Below, in pieces: positions 36,518 through 44,938 of a stretch of DNA of 44,938 bases (positions are counted from its first letter, which is position 1; every line of letters begins with the position of its first letter). Source of the stretch: Octopus bimaculoides. Lineage: Eukaryota. The stretch lies in contig NC_068984.1 in the NCBI RefSeq assembly GCF_001194135.2, forward strand, positions 94,478,489-94,523,426, in the 5' to 3' direction. Position numbers and translations under genes: made by a program. The notes under the pieces are model-generated. The model was not told the DNA's origin. It made no database searches and worked only from the letters and a program-made list of their open reading frames with translations.

Positions 36518-36847
36518 TGTAGTAACGCCGTGCGCATGCGTAGTCTCACGCATGCGTAGTCTCACGCATGCGTAGTCTCACGCATGCGTGGAATTAAACA
36601 AGCAAGCGTTCCCGCTTAATTCTATCTCTTTTACGGTCGGCCGACCATGAGCATTGGACGTGTTAAGCTGTCTCTCTACATCTTTCGGACTTACACTCGA
36701 CAGCTCGCTTGCAACTACATACCCACGTCCCAACAACTATGCTCACACACACAGAAGCTGTAACAACAAGAACTAAAGATGTATATATTTACCACCTAAA
36801 TAAAGTGTTGTTTAGGTTGATAGTCTGGAGTTCAGCGTTCCGTTATA
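36518..36847 (+). mobile_element. Probable solo LTR inserted in (TATC)n
   Basis: TGTAGTAACG…CGTTATA termini, AATAAA near 36798, 16-bp tandem repeat at 36533-36589. TSD not resolved. Confidence 0.5.
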
Positions 36848-36938
36848 TTCTTTAATTTTATAGTAGGAAAGTCAGGTATACATCTAAAGATGTATAACCC
36901 ACTTTCTACTAAATATCTATCTATCTATCTATCTATCT

Positions 36939-39900
36939 TGACATCAAGTCACAGAATCTGCATATCATAGCCATCAGCGAGACCAGACTCCACAACCCGC
37001 AGGCCCTCCAGCACATGTTCAGTGGACATTATGACATTCATTTTTCTCTGTCTTCCGAGAATGGGTGGTGGTGGCACCGTGGTGCTTCTTCGGAAGAGTC
37101 TGGACCTCAACGTAAGAGCAATTTTCCTAGACCCGGAGGTTAGGCTGGTCGTCTTAGATCTCGATGGCAGTAAGAAGTGTGCTTTTCGACTGATAACAGT
37201 TTATGCACCATCCTTAACAGGTTGGCCAGATTTCCTTCGACATCTAGATGTTTTCCTGGGAATGTCTTGACCTTTACTTTTAGTGGAGGACTGGAATGCT
37301 ACCCTGAACATGCATCTAGACTACGTGGGCAGAGATAGTAACAGGAGGGGATGTAAATGCCTCAAAGACCTGCTCAGACGTTTCCAATTATCTGACAGAT
37401 ACCAACTGGACCACCCGAATGTGCCAATGTGGACATGGAGCAACCGCATCAGGTCGTCCAGATCGTATTTAGATAGAGTATTCTGTAGGACAGTGGATAA
37501 GGATAGTGTAGGTTGTCCACAATTCCATATGGTCAGCTACACAGATCACAAATTTGCGACCTGTACATTTGACTTTGATAAGACACATAGGCAGGGTCCC
37601 AGTTACTGGAAGTTGAACGCATCATTCACGGCACACCAGGCTTACAGGGACTGGATTAGCACATTAGTTAAGAGAGCATTGATGGGTGCCATCATAAACA
37701 ATAGATGGTGGTATGCCCTAAAGAAAGCAATTAAAGCAGAATTTGTTAGGTACAGTAAGGCCCTAGCATTAGACCGAAATGGAATAGAGGGAGACTTAGT
37801 TAAGAAGTTGGAAGAGGCACTTAGAACTGGCATCATGTCCAATGTACTGGCGGTGAGGCTGGCCCTCGACCAACACTTCAACGCCAAACACGAAGGATGC
37901 GTGCTCTGAGGAACAAAGGAGTTGAAGCCGCCTGAGAGGTCCAAGTAGTGGAGGCGCAACGAGGCAACAAAGCCACCATTAGATCCCTGACAGATGAATA
38001 GGGGCGCAAATTACTCAAGCTTGAAAGGATGTGTGAGGCCTTTCAACAACACTTTGCCCGACTGTTCAGGACAACTTGTGGGTCAGAACGCAGAGTGGAC
38101 TTCAGTGCCTACCTGCATAGCCTGCCACAACTCTCAGCAAGAGAGATGGAGTGTTGTGAAAAACCCATTACAGCCATGGACGTATGGGATGCGATGGCAG
38201 GCTGCACAGGAGACAGGTTTGGATGATCTTCCCTATGAACTTTATTTTCATATGCCAGACTTATTTGGAGGCATCTTGGCAGCTGTCTACTGCAACTGGC
38301 AGCAAAACAGAAGTATCCCCGTCTCTGTAAAGTGAGGAGTGGTGGAACTACTAAGGAAAGATCCAAACGAGGGGAACGTCATAGATAACGTCAGGCCCAT
38401 CACTCTGCTTAACGCAAGCTTGAAGATTTTGGCCAAGATGTTAGCCGAGAGGTTGGCGCTTGTCATCGAGAAACTGGTCGACAAGGTGCAAACATTCACC
38501 GTGCTGGGTAGGAATATCCATGACAACCTCCATCTGATGTGCTACATCATAGACAGGGTAGTTAAGGGACCTGACATGGGTGGGGCGCTGATCAATTTGG
38601 ATCAATCAAAAGCTTTCGATAGGTTAGACCATCACTACTTGGAGGCTGTCCTTAGATCGGCTGGTTTCGGTCCCATCTTCTGCGGTTGGATCGCTGCCTT
38701 ATACAGCAGCATCTACTCGATAGTTCACATAAACGATCATCTGTCCAGACCATCTATCCAGACCGAACATCACGCGTTCGGTTCGTCATGGATGCCCCCT
38801 CCCGTCGCTTCTGTACGTATTAACTCCTGAACCACTACTGCGAAAGCTGGCAACACTGAGGGGCATCCCGCAAGAGCTGGGATGTGGGAGGAGCATGTTT
38901 GCATACGCGGACGACGTCACTGTCATAGCGTCGAGGCACAGGTATATTGACCTGATCAGCGAGACTCTAAAAGAATACGAAGCGGTAACGAGACCAAAAA
39001 TTAACCAGTAAAAGTCAGTGGGCTTGTGGATGAGCACCTGGAGAAGCAAGCCTATACTGTCCAGCAGCATCTCCATCATGGGATGCTGGACCGACGGACG
39101 GGTTAAATTGCTCGGAGTTTGGTTTGGTCTGGACCTCCAAATGGAGAAGAACTGGGGTGAGATAACGACTAGGGTGGCCACTCTTACCCAGCAATAGGCC
39201 GAGAGGAAGCTATCCCTAAAAGGTCGGGTGGAGGTGGTGAATGCGTACATCGCATCTGTCATCGATTACCATCTGACCGTTGTGCTTTGTCCTGACCCTA
39301 CCATCACCAAACTGGAATGCATACTCTTCCACTTTTTGTGGAAGGGAAGCGTTCCTATGGTTAAGTGATCCATTTGCTGTCAACACCTGCTAAATGGTGG
39401 GCTAGGCATGCCATGATTGATGATGCACAGACATGCGCTGAGACTGCGACATCTCCAACACTGCATAGACGACAGTGAACAGGTGTGGTCGCCGTTTATG
39501 CAGCGCAATTTCCGGTACCTCGTCTCTTTGGCTGAACTGCAGTCATGGATTAAACAGAGACTAAGGCTTGGCAAATGGCACCTTAAGTGCTGCGTTGCTC
39601 TGAAGCAACTCTGCCATCCGGGACCAAACTCATTCGACATCAATTCCAAAAAGGCATTCTATAGAGGATTAGTGGAGGAGAGGTGCGACGACGATCTCAG
39701 GCAGAATCTGGGCGTCGACGAGGAACACCTGACCTGCCTGTTCAGGACAACTTTCAGGCCAGGACCTATGGACAATCACCAGAGATCCCTGGCCTGGCAG
39801 TGCTATCAAGAAGCATTACCCATTTGAGATAAGCTCTACAGGCATGGTTCAAGACACTCCAGACTGACTTACCCAAGATGCGGTCAGAGAGACGAAACCG

Positions 39901-40580
39901 TTCTGCATGCACTCGTGCAGTGTCCAACCATTTCGAACCTGTGGGCTTATGCTGAACAGCTGCTATTACATGTGGGACAAATCCGCCTGTTGGCCAAGTC
40001 AGTCTTGAAAATTGCTCCACCACCTTCCCTTAAACGGGAAGGCAAGGCTGTCTTCATCGTACTGGTGGCCATGGTGAATGAATGTGTGCGGTGGACTTGA
40101 GCGAAAGGTTTAGAGACAAACACTTACTACTCTGGCCAATCACTCATCAACTTTTTCAAGTACCACTTGAAATGGAAGGTGAAAATAAAGAGGCAAGTTT
40201 TTTCTCATGAAAGTTTCAATAAAAGGTGGGTGAATGTAGCAAAGATGGTACATGTGAGTGACGAAACCACTTTGAGCATGATTCTGTAAATCAGAAAAAA
40301 AGAGAGAGAGCACTTTGCTCTCATGTGTTTATTCCCTCCCTGCCTGAGGTTACCATGGTCTTTTCCATAGGCTGTTCTTTCCACGGATAAACCTAATCTT
40401 GCTTTTTACACTTTTAAAACTTTTCTGTAATACATGATCCCTTTTGATTGTTTTTTTTTTGTTTTACTTTCCCTTTTGATCGAAATTTTATTTTTCTCCT
40501 TTTTTTCTATTTTTGAAAAGAAAAGCTCTACATTGTATTTTGTCCCCTCTGTGTTCGGCCCTGTGTGGCTAATAAAGAAA
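36939..40580 (+). mobile_element. Tx1/L1-clade LINE copy 2 (5'-truncated in the endonuclease, complete 3' end)
   Basis: Colinear homologue of copy 1. YADD at 38904; ORF2 remnant runs to about 40288; 3' UTR ends aataaagaaa followed by (TATC)n. Confidence 0.9.
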
Positions 40581-41497
40581 CTTATCTATCTATCTACACA
40601 CATATACATACATTCATACACACACACATGAATGTATGTATATACTTCCCAAGCCTTCCTCACCACCCATTTCCTCACTGCCCCCACTACTGCCTACCTG
40701 CCTAATTCTGCTACTGTAATTAAATAAGAGCAGAACTGCATATTTTATCTTTTCTGCAATACCATTCATCTTTCTCACCACCTAGAACCATTTCACTTGT
40801 CATCCATCTTTTTTTCTTAAAATTTTCTCTCTCTGCTCACATTTTATGTTAATCAACCTTCTGTGCTATCAAATCATCTTTCACTCTCCCCATGCACTAC
40901 ACCTATCCCTCAACTCAACTTATTGTCACAGTGATCACTCATTCCTTATTTTCTTTTCTAATACTTGTCATCAACCAACCCTCCATCATTGTTCTTCATT
41001 CATTATATTCTTCCCCTCATCCATTCCCTATCTCTAACTTCCCTGACTCCCCTTGCACACTCTTGTAGCCTCTACTTATATATACTTGCCATTTCTCTGA
41101 CCTTGCACTCTTCTGATCATATTGTATCTTGAGGATTCACTCTAACACTTCATCACAGTTTAATCTCTCAGCTCTCTTTCCAACTTCACCTTGATTACTT
41201 CCACCAATTCTTATGTAATCTGAGTAGCCATGTAGCTCCTTTATAGCAAGAAACCTGTTCTGTCTTGGCCACTTATTATTTTTTTTTTACCTTAACCTCT
41301 CATATCTTTGTATAAAGTTCTCCCTTCTTTATTGTAGCTCCTCTTAGTCAGATGCGATCTTAGTCTTGTGAACTGTATGCTAACTTCACTAGTGTTTGTG
41401 TCAAGAAAAAAAAATCATCCAGCATACTCTCTTAGAAAGGGCATAGCCATAGAAACTTTACTAAAACAGACATTGGAGTACAATGCAGTCCGTAGAC

Positions 41498-42211
41498 TGT
41501 CGGATCGTGTCAACGGATGTAAAGGTGGATGTTAACCGATGTGGATGACGGATATCAAACGAGGACGATGATGAATATAGTTGTTACTTTAATAGATTAT
41601 GGTTCTGATTGTGTTCCATAGTTTGCAGCAGAAGGTAGATAAGTAGGTATTCTTATATATAGATTTGATTTGATTAGTAGAGTTATTTCCCTTATGTTAA
41701 ACAACATCGAGTGTGCAAGAGTTGCTCATATAATTCTTATCGTTCCAACGAAAGACCAACCAACTCCGGCCAAAGGCTCTACCGACCATTTGATGTGATG
41801 ACGTCTGTGGACTATTGTTCTACGCAAAAATCGGTCTTGTCAGCCATCAGAGGTATCGGCATAAATAAGGAAGTACAAATGAAGAAATGCTCTGAAACGA
41901 GGAGCCGACGATTCCTTGTCGAACCGTCATCTAATCAACATTCCAACTTGTCCTGTTGTATATCAGTGTTATGAATTATGATATCCTATCATTAAGTTCT
42001 TTCTACAATAGTAAATAATAGATAAAAATATAGATATCTTATTTTGTACTGAGTACGAAAATGCGGCATAGTGTCGAATGACGTTGATAGATGGATACTT
42101 TACTTGATTTAAAATAACGTGTCTTAATCGTTGGACAGCAGTGATAAACAGATTACACGGCGAGCAGAAATAAAGTTTGAATAAAAGCTCTCTTTAAACC
42201 GGTTTATGACA
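41498..42211 (+). repeat. Putative 5' LTR of the second Gypsy element
   Basis: TGTC…GACA termini, two AATAAA near the end, directly upstream of gag once the MITE is removed. Partner LTR not in the window. Confidence 0.5.
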
Positions 42212-42228
42212 AATTTTATTCAAACTTC

Positions 42229-42955
42229 GGATCTTTGTGATTTGACGGGCAACATTTTTTATGTAGTGTTTTTGGTACCGAAACACTTTCAAACTTCGAA
42301 TACTTGTATATTTTGTGGTATAGAACAGATAAAAAATTTTGTATTCGAAGTTATTTTATGTAAAAAATTGTCGTATTTCGGTAATTTCAACCAATCACCG
42401 ACGTCTATTGAGGTGAAAACAATTAATGCCGTAACGGTGTCATGGGATCTTTTCCCTTGAATAAAATTAGTCCCGTTGTTTGTCAACAACTACCCGTGTT
42501 ACTCTTATTTATGACATCGTTCGTGCGTTTGTACTGGTTTTAGGGTTAAGGTTCGGGTTTTAGAGTTAGGGTTAGTTTTAGGATTACGGTTAGGGTTATG
42601 ATTATTTTTGCCATAACCTTAACTCTAACCCTAACCCTAACCCCAAAACCCGAACCCCAACCCTAATACCCGAACCTTAACCCTAAACCCTTACTAGGGA
42701 ATAATGATATAATTAAACAGGGAATAACACACTTGACGCCGAACAGCACTAACTGTATTCAGCTGAATAGACGTCAGTGATTGGTTGAAATTACAGAAAT
42801 ACGACAACTTTAACATGAAATAACTTGCGATGTACAATTTTTTGTTAAGAAGGTTAAGAGAAGAAGTTGTTTTATATGACACATTCTACCAGTGTCCCAA
42901 GTTTGAAAGTGTTTCGTTAAGAAAACAAGTGTTGCCCGTCAAATCACAAAGATCC
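42229..42955. mobile_element. Foldback MITE (727 bp): 26-bp perfect TIRs, 8-bp TSD CAAACTTC, TTAGGG-like core
   Basis: TIR ggatctttgtgatttgacgggcaaca at 42229-42254 and 42930-42955. TSD at 42221-42228 and 42956-42963. Confidence 0.92.
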
Positions 42956-42970
42956 CAAACTTCATTCTAA

Positions 42971-44590
42971 ATGGATGCTAAAGTGTTCGAGAGGACCCTA
43001 CCAGACGACCTAATTGAGGGAGATTATATTTACTGGAAATGGATGCTACACATCTACATAGCAAAAGTAAAAACTGGAGGTACTCTTAGTCCCATCGTCG
43101 AAGAATCCGCAAGCTTCGAGGCAGCAATAGAACGCCTGGACTCAAAGTTCATAAAGAACGATTCAAACATAATGATGCGCCATAAGCTACGAACTCGAAA
43201 ACAAAAGGAAAACAAGTCTATAGAAGAATTTATGTGAAGCCTTCAGGTGCTGGTCAAGCAGTGTAAAATTCAAGCCCTAACTGCGGACCGTTACCGATAA
43301 ATTCTAATTGGTGATGTCTTTGTGGCTGGGCTTCAATCACCATCAATCAGACAAAGGCTTCTCCAGTCATCAGACGACAGCTTAGAAACACTATAAGCTT
43401 GCTCAAACCATAGAGGTGGCCATTGAAAACACTCGCAACCTATCGCAAGGCTCAGTTGGTGTCAATCAACTACCCCATTTTGCAGCTGCTAAATCAGCCT
43501 GCTTTTGGTGCGGTGGAGACATTCATAAAAAAAATTTTAATCAATGCCCAGCGAGAAACTCCACTTGCTTAGGCCACTAGGAGAAAGTCTGCCTCTCAAA
43601 ATAGCCACCAAGAAACAAATGAAACTTCCCTAAAACAGCAGCTATCACAGAGCCAGAAAAAGGAAAACAGTGATGGAACCTTATCATCCATTATTTTAGC
43701 AGTAACAAACGGTACAAATTGGCTGGTACCCCTTGAAATTAAGGACAGCAATACACAAACCCTTCTTGACACGGGTTCTGACAGGATATTTATAGAAGCG
43801 ATTCTTCTTGCAGTCTGGGGATTACAATACGATCATACCTGCCCAGAAGAATTTAACTTGGCCAACAACACAGCACTGAATAGTAAAGGCAAATTCAGTA
43901 GCAAATTACAACTGGTAAATAATGCATATAACGCTAATTACCTTGTGGCTGACCACCTTGTAGCTCTGGTTATCACCGGAATCGATATCAACCCTCAGCA
44001 GTTACAATTGACTTCAAGGGCACGCTCAAAGCTATGTCATTTTGCATGACCATGTCAAGCCTAAAATGCACTGCGTACAAACTACCTCCTGGCATAAAGA
44101 CCTCTAAGCTCAAACCAATTTTAACAACTTCAGGACGCTGTCCTAGAAACGCAGATTTTATTAAACACAAAATAGACAAGTTACTTTCAGAGGACATAAT
44201 TCAGGAAAGCCGTAGTCCCTGGCGAGCTCAATGCTTCGTGACATTTAATGGAAGGAAGAAAAGACTGGTGATCGATTACTCGAATACTATAAATATCTAT
44301 ACACAACTGGATACCTACCCTCCCTTCCCCCCGTATCGATGATCTTCTAAACGAAGTAGCAGCAAACAAGATTTTCGGCAACATAGATATGACAGCTACT
44401 TATCACCTCACCAGATTGAACTCCTACCCAAAGACTATAAACTGACAGCGTTCGAAGCAGGGAGACTGTACGAGTTTAAACGCCTCCTGTTTGGTTGTAC
44501 CAACGCCGCAGCAATTTTCCGGCGTGTCATGGATGAATTCATAAAAAGAAGCAATCTTCAAAAAACCTTTGCCTATCTAGATGACATTGT
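42971..44590 (+). pseudogene. Ty3/Gypsy gag-pol remnant (gag, aspartic protease, RT)
   Basis: RHKLRTRKQ…FVAGLQSPSIRQRLL; LLDTGS; SPWRAQ…RLVIDYS; LLFGCTNAAAIFRRVMD; FAYLDDI. Stops and frameshifts. Confidence 0.9.
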
Positions 44591-44617
44591 AGGAAAGTGG
44601 TTATACACCATTAGGTG

Positions 44618-44938
44618 TGTAGTGAAACTACCTACCGCCATTAGATACAAAACTACTATCGCCATTACATACAATCTTCTCATTTAAATATAAATAAATG
44701 CGAGCGTAGTAGAGGACCCATTCCTTGTCATCACGTGACTGATTATTATTCGAATCGGCAACTTCTTCGAACCTTTCCCGCCAGAATGCAAACTGACCAA
44801 TCACGGCCCCTAATAAGGTCACGTGATAGAGTAAAATTCTGAAGGCATTTGGAGCCCTCTTAACGCTATATATAGATCAACTCATACCCCACAAATTTGT
44901 CTCGGTCCAGTTTCTCTCAGAGACTGTTCCGTGTACCA
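44618..44938 (+). mobile_element. LTR of the same family as 20470-21740, running off the window
   Basis: Colinear with 20470-20778 (tgtagtgaaactacctacc…gagactgttccgtgtacca). Confidence 0.9.

Noticed and set aside
36533-36589. CRISPR-like repeat array
   Set aside because: Contiguous 16-bp units without spacers, no cas genes, eukaryotic context.
40640-41350. Pyrimidine-rich stretch, possibly a decayed minus-strand retroelement
   Set aside because: No recognisable motif in any frame.
42538-42690. Ancient telomere-telomere fusion site
   Set aside because: It lies at the centre of a TIR element with an 8-bp TSD.

Overview
Eukaryotic, AT-rich draft scaffold with ten N gaps (3860-4152, 4731-5400, 5859-5868, 13484-13567, 20901-21495, 23047-23186, 24903-25109, 29901-30152, 33014-33023, 34445-34723). 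The SINE and LINE families resemble repeats I recall from Octopus genomes; this is an inference from memory, not a search. I can support no host gene, rRNA, tRNA or CRISPR array. Almost the whole window is a nest of decayed transposable elements: a mariner relic, a HERO-like RLE retrotransposon split by a tRNA-Trp-primed Gypsy element, several RTE LINE fragments carrying solo LTRs with 4-bp TSDs, several Penelope-like elements (PLEs), two Helitron 3' ends, two tandem Tx1/L1 LINEs, a second Gypsy element, and a foldback MITE with a head-to-head TTAGGG-like core. Most listed ORFs are N-gap or microsatellite artefacts. Main leads: (1) a SINE and the Tx1 LINEs share a 41-nt 3' tail; (2) the Tx1 junctions sit in (TATC)n; (3) the recurring TG-rich repeat is the 3' UTR of a Neptune-like PLE, and one copy is fused to a Helitron terminus; (4) an inverted PLE terminal repeat holds a decayed hammerhead-like motif; (5) the TTAGGG-core foldback element has an 8-bp TSD. 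All alignments and counts were made by eye.
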